Source: Octopus sinensis (Eukaryota). Taken from it: DNA of 64,000 nt. The stretch is from positions 87,296,001 to 87,360,000 of the forward strand of contig NC_042999.1 in NCBI RefSeq assembly GCF_006345805.1. Direction: 5' to 3'. A program made the position numbers and the translations under genes. Under the pieces are notes generated by a model. That model ran no database searches. It had not been told where the DNA came from and worked only from the letters and a program-made list of their open reading frames with translations. Below, piece after piece: positions 28,401 through 41,362 of this stretch. Numbering within the stretch: the stretch's first letter is position 1; every line of letters begins with the position of its first letter.

Positions 28401-31400
28401 CATTGCTGGTACTGCAAGTATGTCATTTGGAAATTTTAAGAGCTTGTCCTGCTTTTCTCTGAGTAGAACATAAGCTACAAAAATAAAGCAAAACTGAATT
28501 GGAATGATTAAGCATTTAGGGTGAAGCTGAAACCAAATAAAACCATCAATCTTTAATTGACCAGTAAGAAAAAAATAGTTGTGGCCACTAGTAAGAAAGG
28601 TTGCACAAGGAAATCTTCTGTAAGAATGGTCTCAGACTGCTTTCGAACAGTTTGAGAGAGTGTGTGTACACATGCGCAAGCACCTGCGTGCGTGCACAGA
28701 GAGAGAGAGACAGAGAGACAGAGACAGAATCCAACTTTTTTTTTTTTAAATCTTTCTCATCAGTGTATCTTTGTAGGATTTGCTTAATGTCATCAATGTT
28801 TGTCAATTTTGTAAGTTGAAATACAAGGAGATACACTGATATTTTATACATGAATTTGTAACTACACATATACCATTTTTGATCTAAGATAATAGTATGT
28901 AGTAATGTAGATTTCATTGAAAACTTTTTTGTGTAGAAATCTTGAGATTTTATTAAGTAGATGGGAAATTAAAAGTATCTAAATACATACCCTTTTTATG
29001 GACATTACTGGTGTAAGTAAACTAAAACAGTTTTAGTTGTGGTTTAAAGTAATATTATTTTTATTATTTCCCTTCATGGATCTCTATGATTCACTGGGCC
29101 TTTGTTAGTCGTTATATACTATCCATGTAATTTTTTTTTTAATTATATCCAAATGTTTCCTTCATTTAATGGCTACTAATTATTGGAGTTTTGTTTTCTT
29201 TTTAGGCTCGTTGTATTGAATGTTGATCGAGGAATGAAATATGAGCAAGCTTTAAGTATGTATGAGAATCACAAAGGCAAAGCTGGTTTTTACCTTTCAA
29301 AGGGTCAGCCATTTGGTCGCAAACTCTGTTTGTTGGCACTTTCCAAAGACAACTCTAAAAATATCTTCAAAGTAGTCAGGTTTGTGAATTTATTTCTGCA
29401 ATTATCTTAATAATATTTTCAGAATGGTGGCTGTGAAAACTGATATTAATGTGTGTGTGTAATTTAGCAGTAAGGTGTCATAGAGTAAAAGATAGTTAAT
29501 GTAACTTTACTCATTCAGCTTTAGGAAGTGAACTGCTGTTTAAATTTGTCATATAACAATTATTTCAGTTATTTCATTGTTGCCATATAACAAGTCTCAT
29601 GCTTTATGAGAGAAATGCATTAAAAAAAAATATAGAAACAGAATGAACATAACTAGCATGTAAGAGAATCATTCTGGTGATTCAGAGAATTTTAATGTAT
29701 TTTGTGAGTTGATCCTCTTGCTTCCTTAGTGAACCATTACATGATCTGTTTAATTGCTGATAGCCTGTTTCTAAACAACATAGCTTATATTGTGTGTGTA
29801 TTCCATTTTGCTTGAAATGTTAACCCATTTTTGAAATTGAAACATATAATTGCAATAGTCTTAGCAATAGTAGTAGCTGGATGTTTTTTGTGAAGTTTTC
29901 TTGAGCTATTTTGATGATCTACTTCATAGCGTCAAATTTTCTACTTGACATCGAAAACATCCTTTTTGGCATAATTTAAGGTAATAATAATTTGGGCCAT
30001 TTATATTTCTGGAAAACATTTTACTCTGAACATTAGTTAAAAATATTCCCTGTTGTAAATTGTTTACTAATTTATTAAATTACACCCAAAGCCTATAACC
30101 TACTGAATTGTTTTGGGTATCAGTGATTATATCTCTGTTGTCTTCTCTAAGGTTAAGCTACCACAAGTAAATAGAATGTAATAAACTAAAGTGCTCAAGG
30201 TACCTATGTACAGTTGAGTAGATTGAGTATAAATGTTGGTAATGATATAATTACCCTTGACTTTCCAATTAATGGATCTGCTTCTTGTTTTAGACTAGGC
30301 TCGCAACTCTCAAAAATATTTATTGCATTTTATTCTATTTCGTTTTACTGATGAACCTGTTAATGTTGATGTCTTTTCATTAATTAGGCCGAATACTGGT
30401 GTATCAGCATTTGAAATGGAGAAGTCAGACTTACATGCAAAATACTCAAAAATTAGCCTCATTGATGCAGGTAAATAATGTTTATTTTTCTATACATGTG
30501 CATGTGATTGATAGTATTAATTAGTGATTGATTTATATGTTTGGATAATTTTTGAACACTTATCTTAATGCTGATTCATATAGCATTAATTAATGAATGG
30601 TTTGCTACGTTTTATACAAATGTGAATCAATTTTGTTTTACTTCATGACTGTGGGAAAGTGAGGGAGAAATTAAAGTCTTGGTTAAAAGATAATGTGATG
30701 GAAAACTAAAGATCATAACCTACAGATACTGTGGTTTTAGTTAATGTTAATACCTCTATACTCCTAAAATAGGTACCACAGCTTTTTCACAATTTATTAA
30801 TATTCAGAAAGATAACCAATTTATGCAAACATTCATGTATACATGTTTCCAATAGTCTGTTGTGTTGTTTTTGAAGTTCTCAAGGACAAAATGTGATTGG
30901 TATATCATGTAAAAAAAAAATGTAAGGTGGATATCGCCTGTGGAGAGAAGAAAGTTTTGTGTGATGTTTTTTATTATTTGTCATAGGTGTTCACTTACTC
31001 TAAGTGATAATTTGCTTCAAAAACTTTACCTAAAGTCAGTAATGTGACTTTTTCATTGTTGATTTTTTTCTTGGAAGGCACTAATTTATCCAAGCATTCT
31101 GTGAACTAGATCATCAGTACATTAGAGTTCTCACAGATAGCTGGTTTTAAATACTTCTGTTATGACTTGCTGAATTATGATAAAGTAGAAGAATGAAGTC
31201 TTGGTCAACCACTGCTTGTACACTAAATTTGTTGCTGTGCTCATTTCTGACTGTCAACTTGCTGATTGCACTTCTGAGAAATGACTTATACAGCCTTTAC
31301 AAGTCATTCCACAGTAACCAACAGATCACAGAGGGATCTGAGGAAGGCAATACTGGTCACTGGTTACTAAGAGATCCAGCTTGATGAATACTAGGTATAG

Positions 31401-34400
31401 TGGACTTAGTCCTCTTAGCTAAGTACTTCTGAAGTTTTCTCATTAGTAATATAGCATCAGTAATACTTCTTACTGGTACAAAGCTGATTTGTACCACCAC
31501 CTCTTCCTCCTCCTCCCCATCGTTCAACGTCCATTTCCCATGCCAGCATTTATTGGATGGTTTGACTAGAGCTGTCCAGCAAGAGAGCTGTCCAGCAAGA
31601 GAGCTGTCCAGGCTTCATTTGTCTGTTTTGGCATGATTTCTATAACTGGATGCCCTTCCTAATGTCAACTGCATCTTAATTCTTCTTTTAATCAATTGTG
31701 CTGTGGTTTTTTCATTAACTGACATAACTTGATCTAAAACTTCAATACCTCTGTAATTTCTTCTTTCTAGTGCACCTCTTTTGCCCTTATAAGAGTTGAT
31801 ATTGAAGTTCTCATGCCAGTGTTTGTGTATGACATCTTGTACTACCTGATTGACTATGTGGGTAACTAGCTTGTTCCTTTCTCTGCCAGATATTTTAAGT
31901 ATCCAGTTGTAATTCCTGATGGATTAGATGCCTTCCCTGCTCTCTTACCATTAATTAATTTGTCTATTGTCTACCATAATGTCAATTTGAAAGGCTGGCC
32001 TCTGTTAAGTTGGGGGTACTGGATATGGGCAGATTTCATGCTATACTCTGTTTCACAAAGTTCTTCACTGAAGAAAATGGAGTGAGGGTGGAAGAGAAGT
32101 AGGATGATAAACGTTGTTGATGGAAAAACTGAATACAGCTAGATCAAATTCTATTTCTCTTTACATAGGCAGCATAGCACAGTTGATAGGTGAGTGACAG
32201 ATAGGAGAGTAAAGAAGAGAACAGTAGTTGGAAATTAACAGGAATATAATAGCTGAGAGGCCTCTAAAGATATATTATACATCACAGCCTCCCCCACCAT
32301 TGCCACCACCTTGTTCATTTGAGCAACTGCTTTTCCACGCATGCCTCAATGTGTGGATTTTCTTCAGTGTCTCACCACTCTGTATAATTGTTTGTCATCT
32401 CTTTTATGATGTTCCTCTTTCCTGAGCTCAGTTTTTACTGTTTTATCCCATGTCTTCATATGTCTCTCGTTTCCACGATCTTAGATGCTTGGTACTCTAT
32501 ATAGCTAACATTTTACATATGCACCACATGTATTTATCAGTGTAGTCTTCTCTCTTGCATCCTATGTCTGATTCTTTTATCCAGCTCATTAGTGCTCTGT
32601 CATTCATGAACTCTAATGTTTCACATCCAATGTGACATACTTGCTTAATTTCTTCTCAGTCATTACAAATATTCAGCATTCAGAGCCCACGACTTACTAT
32701 TATGCAGTATTGCACTTCATACATAAGCATCATACAATCTCTTTGTTACTAGCTGAAGTAATAGCTCCCTGGTCTTTCTTACTCTAAGTTAACTATACTT
32801 TTAGAAAACCTACCTCCAAAAGCTATCAAGTGCTGATTGTGAGGATTTATTTTATGCATATTGTTATTGTTAACTGCTCCTGTGATTTTACTATGTATAA
32901 CATCTACCTTAACTGCCAGCCTGCTTGTGATCCCAGTACACGTACGAATCGCTGGTATACAGTGGTAACTCTGTAGGAAACTCTGTAGCCACTATGACCT
33001 AGAGGACTGTAGTAAACAGGAGAGGTCTAACAGTTTTGTTGTACCCTACCTGCACACTAAATTTATTTAGCTACTCATTTCCTTAGTAACCATCAGATGG
33101 CAAAGACCTCTAAGTTAATGAATGCTAGATATAGGAATTTACTTTCAGTTAAGTGCCTTTCTTGCAGTTGTCCAACTGCAAAGATGGCATTGATAATAGT
33201 ATATTTTCTTGGTACAAAGATGATGTGTATCTCATTTAGGTGAATTTGGTTTCTAATTAATTGTGTTATAACACTTCTTGTACATATGTTAGAAAGTTTC
33301 TTGGCTTCATGTCCTTTGCTTATACTTTTCACTAGAAATGCACACGCAGCTCATGATCATTGGTAGATAATTTATTGATTCAATTTAGAAATAGGCTGAA
33401 TGCTATATACTCATGTTGAATTATTTGGTGTTTTGTTACATTATGTTAAAACAGCTTTTTTACTTTTATGGTTGATAAATTCAACAAATATACATGTATC
33501 AGATATTGCATGAACCTCAACAAATCTGTGAACATCCTAAAATAGCTTTGCGAGGTTTTCTATTTTGGCAAACACAGGTTTTGGAGTGAATTGCATGTTT
33601 TAATGATACTTTAGTGTTAGTTAAAGGTAGCTAATCATTAGCAAAATGCCAGAAAATATAAACAGTTATTTGAAATTAATCTGTGATGACTGTTACTGAA
33701 TAAATATTCGACTGTCTCACATGATTGAAATCTGTTAAGGAGTCAAGTGATTCTTATGGAAAGCTTCAACATACATAATGTTACCACAAAGTTTATCCTC
33801 TAGTTCTTGACATTTGAATAAAAGCTGTGTATACTACATTGTGAGAAGGCCAGCACCAAATGTATACTTCTAATCATTTCTCAAAACCAGTTCAGTGTTA
33901 TTTATTTATTTAATTTTTAAAAGTATATTTCTTTTCTCTCATAACTGATTATATCTCTTTAATGATTGTTTATTAATATATTCATTTTCTCCTTCTCTGA
34001 TACAAATTAGAGTTTGAAGCTAATTGTTATTTAACTGCAAAATCAATTTTAATAGGCAATGTAATAAATATTTTTTAACCCTTTTACTACCAACTTGCCT
34101 GATATTGCCCAAGGTTCTGTGATAGGAATTTCCTGTTCTAAAGTGATCTAATGTAAAACATTCCATCAAAATTCTATTTTAATTTATGTTCCAAACACCA
34201 GCTTAGATAATGACTTAGTTTTGGTAAATTCTTCATCATTTTCAAAATTAATTGAAAGAAAGGCTGTGAATTTCAACAGAAATATGGCAACAGAAGGGCT
34301 ATTTTGTATATTGCTAATTTCCTCATATCTAGCACTTGATTATGATCCTACCTACATTTCAAATTATGAACCAGTTGATTATTACTGAAAGTTAGTTGTA

Positions 34401-37400
34401 TTTGATATTCACATCAGGTTTATACCCTTCATCATTACTATTCTCAAAACAACTCTTATGAGCATTATCAACTTATTGTTTTTCTATCTGTCAAGATAGT
34501 GGAATAAGGTTTAGAAATAAACTTTTCCTCATTCTTTATTTACTATCATCTTCCTCTCGCTTGTTTAACTCTTTTGTACCAATTTCACCCTGAATTAAAT
34601 ATCACTTCTGGCAATTGTCTACTACTAACAAGCTGTCTACAATTAACCTCTTCCCACCTTTCTTCTTAGTCTTGAGTGCTTGCTTTTCAGGATTCTATTG
34701 GACATCCAATGATTGTACTTCAGTCATTGCAGGACTTCATTAGTTTTATCTTCTATTATTAACCATGTCTCATGGTGTAGATATTTTCAACATTACTTCT
34801 AATGTCAACTTTACATAAACAGTATCCAAACTGGCCCTCCCTCACTCAGTATATTAGTCATCATAGCATGTTGGAGTATGTAGTATGGTTCTAAAGCAGA
34901 GCCATTATGTAACTGCAACAAGTCTGTGGGGTGTGCATAGTAATTTTTTTGGCTACTTGCTTGCCATAAGATTGCTCAATCAGCATTGACTTGTAGTTAC
35001 ATAACAACTTCACACAAACCTTTCATATGAGATTTTATTTCTCATATATCATAAGCACATGACTAGCATACGATTAGTAAGTTGTAACTTGCAAAGATTA
35101 TTGAATATTTGAAATGAACTATTATCACATGCAGAAGATGTAGTCACTATGAAGTAAAAGTTGGTATTGGTCAAGAGTTTAAGCCATTGTGCTATGCCCC
35201 TGGGCAAAATATATGAGCATAATTGCCACTGCCTGGCAATTCATGTCTGAGTGATTTATTGTAGGAAGGGCTTCCACTTGTAAAAACTCCCTCTCTTCTC
35301 ATTTAGTAAGGGCATCCAACTGTAGAACTGTTTCTGCTCTGTACCCTGTGCTAGTATAAAATTGTTCAGGAAATATAAAATGTACCTGTGTATTGTATTT
35401 TCAAATTTGAGGCATAATTCATTAACCCTTTAGTGTTTAAACCGGCCAAATCCGGCCCAATATATTCTACATGTTTTATATTCAAACTGGCGATATCTAG
35501 CCTCTCACTCCTAACCTACAATGCCATTCTAAAAATAAGCAATCACATCATTGAAACCTCAAAGCTATAAGATAATGCTTGATTAATTCAAAACAATTTG
35601 AGTGAAAAAGTATTACATTTAACAGAGTATTCTGAACACTAAAGGGTTAAGTCTAGAAGCAGTCCATGTATCTCCTTGGACAAGCAGGCTACATAAATTA
35701 TTCATTGTACAAGTATCTGTCAAGCATTGTTGTCATTGGCATTACCTCTATCACTGTCTTCATTCCACATTTGGTTTTTCATGATGGTGTTGGTTGGGCA
35801 GTTCATCATTGTTTGAATTAGTTATTTGGAGTTAGTGCCTTTCACCTGGGTCACAAATCACTTTCCCTTAAACTGTAGCTTTGAAGATTTCAAAGCGCAG
35901 TCAAACCAATTCTACTATATGGCTCAGAAACCTGGACGTTATCAAAGAAGCTTGAGAGGCGGTTGGATGGAACCTACACTTGCCTCCTTATGAGGGCTCA
36001 AAATCTCTCGTGGAAGCGTCATCCAACCAAAATGTAAATATATGGGAAGCTACCACCTGTGTCATCTCTGAAATGTAGGAGAGTCCAGTTTGCTGGACAT
36101 TGTTGTAGAGCTGAAAACGAGGCAATTTCTCTTCTCTGGAAGCCATCTACTCGCGATACCAGAGGTCGCACACTCTCCTACCCTGATGTAATCTCCAGGG
36201 ATACAGGCATCCAGCAACAGGACCTCCGTTTGATGGACCGCGAAGTTTGGCGTAGCATGGTAAATTCCATTGTCTCAACCACGGTTGAACAATGATGATG
36301 ATGATTCCCTCAAACACTCAACTTTTGATATGGCTTCTACAGCTGGCTGCCTTTCCCATCATCAACCACTTCAAAAAGTACATTGGATGTATTTTATCAT
36401 TGATAACAGCACTAAAGAAATTACTCTATCTTATATTGTCTTCAAATATCTATTCACTCATACCAGAGAGGTTCTCTTTTTCCCTCTTCCTTGCATTGTC
36501 TCTATTCATTTGTTCTTGTCTGCCTAACTGGATGTGTAAAAAGGGATGTTTTCTGTTTTCTATCACATCACCAGTGCAGTTGTGTAATTATCTCCTATCA
36601 CTCTCTCTTCCTTTACATCAACACTCCTCTTCTCTCTCTTCCCCCTCCTATCACCTGTTTTCTTCTAACCTCCTCTTTAGCCTTTTTGTCCATCCATCTC
36701 CTTCCTCTTTTCACCTTGACCCTCTTTGGTTACACTATTGTTTGGTTTCTCTTCCATTACTCTTACATTCTGTAACCCACTTGCTCCTTATAATTCTGGT
36801 TTTCTTCTATCACTCTCTCCTTCTCTCAAACACTGCTCCTAGAGAGAGGTAGAGAGAATAATAGGATGGAAGGAGAGATGAAGGAGGAATTGAGAGAAGA
36901 AAGAGATAAGAAGGATGGCAGAATGATAAAAGAGAGACAGGATGATGAGAGTGAAGTAATAAAAGAGGGAAAATAATGGGGTGAGGGAGAGAATTAGTAA
37001 GTGATAGTTGAGAATATTGAAGAGAGAAAGCTGTAGATAGGAAGAACATGGTTAGTGGCATCATTTATAAATAATGTTCTAACTGTAGTCACCCCATCTT
37101 TATTGTGATCATGTTGTGTTAAGATTCTGATATTTTTCGGTCATGTATTTCTTATTTTATAGTCAGAAAGGAATTTTGTAAAAGATTCATGTCCAACCCA
37201 TGCTAGCATGGAACAGGGGCATTAAATGATGATGATTTAACTTGTACATTGAACAAATCTGGAGTCAACTTAGACTCTCTTTTATCTTTGCCAGCTAGCT
37301 TCAGTTTTATCTTGTGACCATTCCCTCTGCTATGTTCAATGTCTGCAGATACTCCCCTCTAGTACATCAGTCAACCCTTCTGAGTAATATTATAACGTAT

Positions 37401-39445
37401 TAGTCATTAAGGCTTACATTTTGATTGTTAATCTACCTCAAATTGATTATATATCTTTGTATGATCTCAATGAATTGATTATGTGACTTGATTTTTATTT
37501 TTGTTTGGAACCATTTCACTTCACTAACATTTTCTTAAGGTAGAGTATGGTCACAACACCAGCATCCTTCTCTGTCAATTTCTGAAATATGTGTGTATCT
37601 AAATGAATATGCTGTTGCCTTTTCAAATAGACATAAAGTGTAAGGCTTTTAGGTGTGCAAGATTTGGAAGTTATGATGTGCATGGCTTTTCCACATATAT
37701 TATCAGCATAAAGGAAATGTACTACCTATGATTGAAAATTGAGACTAGGTTTATATCTACTTTTGTTGCCTTCACACTCTGAAGATAAAAAAGCCGTTGC
37801 TTATTGAAAGATACTATTGTATATGAAAAATCAATAAATGAGGGAAAGGTATATTAAGTTTTTTTCAAATTTGTAATCTATAGAGTAAATAAATCACTCT
37901 CTCTCTCTCTAGTCTTATACTACTCATATTTTTGTTATGATGTCTGCAAGTCTGTTTGCCTAATCAATGTTTAACCTGTTACCTATTCAGTCTGTTTGAC
38001 TGTATATTGTTGTAAGTCTATTCCTAATAGCCTTCCTTATTCTAAAATTTCCACTGCAATGACCATTGAGTATATATGTGTGTGTGTGTGTGTGTGTGTA
38101 TGTATATAAAATTTTGTATTGCAGACATAGTTATGTAGTTGGAAAGCTTATTTCCTGACCACGTGAGCTTGGGTTTTGTCCTACTGCACAGCACCTTAGA
38201 CAAATGTCTTTTTGTAGTCCTGGGTCGACCAAGACCCTGTGAATGGATTTGGAAGATAGAAGCTATGTATATATGCATATGTGTACCCTTGTCTTGGTGG
38301 TTGTAAATGAGCATCATAAGTGACCATATTCATTTCCTGCCTTCCATGGTGAAGTATTGCCTTACTTGGAAACAGGTGTGGGTTAGCAAAGTGAAGGGCA
38401 TCCAGCTGTAGAAAATCTGCCTTAAATTCTCTATGACTCATACAAGCTTGTAAAAGTGGATGTGAAATAATGATGATGATGATATTGTTTTGACCCTGCT
38501 TTTAGAATAGGTACACTTTCCCATAAAATGAAAAGCTGGGATGGGGTGACCACGACTAGAACACCTTATATCATAAGTCTGCACTATCAGGACTGATCTT
38601 GTTTGAAACAACAACTACCATTATTTCTGTCATTTCAATTTTTGTATGCTGTTATATGTTTCCATAGCCACCTAGCTCCAGTCATTACTCTTTTGCTTTA
38701 TGTCATCATTGAGGTGTTGCATTTAAACATTTAATCTGTTTCATTCCAAATCTGTCTACTTCAACTTCTCACTCCCAACTCGTAACTTTTGTCTGAATTG
38801 TAGTTGTATGTCTAGCGTATATTAACTGATACTTATAATGCAAACATTCTCACCTTGTACTCCATCTCTTACAAAATCTACAGACACAAAACATATTATC
38901 TGTTTCTATCCAATCATTTCAAGATCTCTGGCCTTTACTGTCAGCTCTTCGCTATATATACAGCATCTCACTTTTGTTGCATGCATTACTCAATGTAACT
39001 TTTTGTACAGAAATTATTTTGCTGCCAAGAAAGGTATCAGTTGTCTAATCTCCACCCACTACTGTAGATGCTGCTGTTGCTGGTTTCAGTATCCAAAACT
39101 AATAAGTGCATGATACAAAAAAATACATCTTATTTGCCCCTTGTTTATCAGAGATATGAAACTTAGTCAAAAGCCTTCTCTGAGTCAACAAAGCCAATGG
39201 GTATATTCTTTGCAAAGTATATCTCTGGCATTTGTTTCACCAATTTTTCCTATCCTTTGTGACAATGCCAGCTCATTTCTTATGGGAACAAGCCCTCTCA
39301 GTCAACCATTTCAATGAAGTGTGCTTGAAGGTATCCATTTGTATGTACCTCTGTTTAACAATATACTGGATAACTAGATATAGCGTATCTATACATAAAT
39401 ACATATATACATGCAGAAAATAAAGATCACACATATTGATGATTT

Positions 39446-39487
<42 letters not shown>

Positions 39488-41289
39488 GTTTAACATATAT
39501 ATTTAATGTTCATTTTCCATTCTGGCATCGGTTGGACAGCTTGACAGGAGCTGGCCATCCGGAGAGCTGTGCTGGCTTCAGTTGTCTGTTTTGGCTTGGC
39601 TTCTATGGCTGGGTGCTATTCCTTATGTCAATCACTTTACAAAGTGTAGTGGGTCGTTTTCTACGTGGCACCGGTGCTTCTTAAATGGTACTGGTATGGG
39701 TGCTTCTTGGGTGTTACCAGCATGCCTGTGGCACCAGTATGATGTGTATATAAGATCATTGATTGCACTTTACTTTGTAGTTTTTGATGAAAGTATATTC
39801 ATTCACAATTTTTTTTATGTTAGAATGCTAGTAAATTTAGCATTGACCACAGTTCTTATTTGAAGTTTTGATGAAACCAGAAAAGTTATTTGAAATATAA
39901 AAAAGATAAAAAGATAAAAAAATGAAAATTTTCTTCAAAACATGAAGTCTGGTAATATAAAACAATGAAGACGAGAGTATTGTGTGAATGAAACATTGTC
40001 AGACAATGAAATTTTTATTGAAATTGAATCAGTAGTAGAGTTAGCAGTAGTAGTAGTTATTGTAGCATTTAGTAGCATGTTAGTAGTATTAGAAATAATA
40101 TGTGCAATAAAATGACATACAAAAGTCATAACTTATTGGCAATAAAATATTGAACAACCCTAGCGATTCATTCTTAAAAATGTGGGTTACCAGCTGACCA
40201 CCACTGCTTCACTCACAGCACACAAAGGCCATTCACAGCCATTGGTGATGGAGGGAAGATTGGTTAAAGTGAATGAGAGGAAAATGGAACAAAATCATCC
40301 TATAACATATTTGAAAAACTTTTATTTCTTTCAGAGTTGTTGTTGATTTTAATTTTCATCTATTTTTGTTGCATTTCTGATCATTAGTTTATTCTAAGTA
40401 TTTTTTTCACACAATCACTTAGAAATCTTCCTGTTAATCTCAGTGTAAAATATCTTCAGCTTTTCTGAGTCTAAACTCACTTTTCTTCTTCAAGATATTT
40501 GAATTATTTTTATCCATAATTCTGAAACTGTAAAACACAACTGGGTCTTAATTTTACTGCTAAGTGCTCTACAAATTAGTGTAGCATGGTTCAAGAATCT
40601 ATTTGATCCTGTTGCTGCATTGGAGCAGAATGGAAGAGTAACTGAAATAATTTTACTAATTTATAATATTTGCTATTTCCGTGATAATTGACAAAGTCCT
40701 ATTATTTTCTTGAATGATATTAAACTTAAGCTACTGAGTTTGTAAAAGTTCTTCCTATTGAATGGTTTGAATGTGTATTTTAATTGCTAGAATAATGTAA
40801 TTTCTGATATTCCAACTAAAAACGTATTAAAAATCTTTTATAACTTGTTTATAAATTTTGTGCTGTTAGCTTTATTCCTAATTTTAAAGAACTGTTATAA
40901 GGTTTACTATCTTTGCAAGTATTTTCTCAAAGATACAGACTTCCAGCTGTGATCTTATGAGCATATAGGCTACTCTGCAAAATTATTGAACCTGTTTTAT
41001 CTAAAGGTAAAATAAAAAATGTACCTGATTTCTAGAAATCCTGAAACATTATCTTTCTAATTGGGCTTTATTGATACAATTTGTATATTTTTTTGTACAA
41101 ATATGTAAGTATCAAGAGTAAAAGGGTTAGAAGAGAGTTAATGACCCGCATAGTTGGACCCTTGAGTTTTTCTCCTTATTCAGATTTAATTTATTAATCC
41201 ACAAAATTTTAGAGCAAAGCGTAATTCTTTTAAAACAATTTATAAAGCTAATATTTCCATTAAGGCTGATTTTCTTTTTTAGCCTAAAA

Positions 41290-41362
<73 letters not shown>

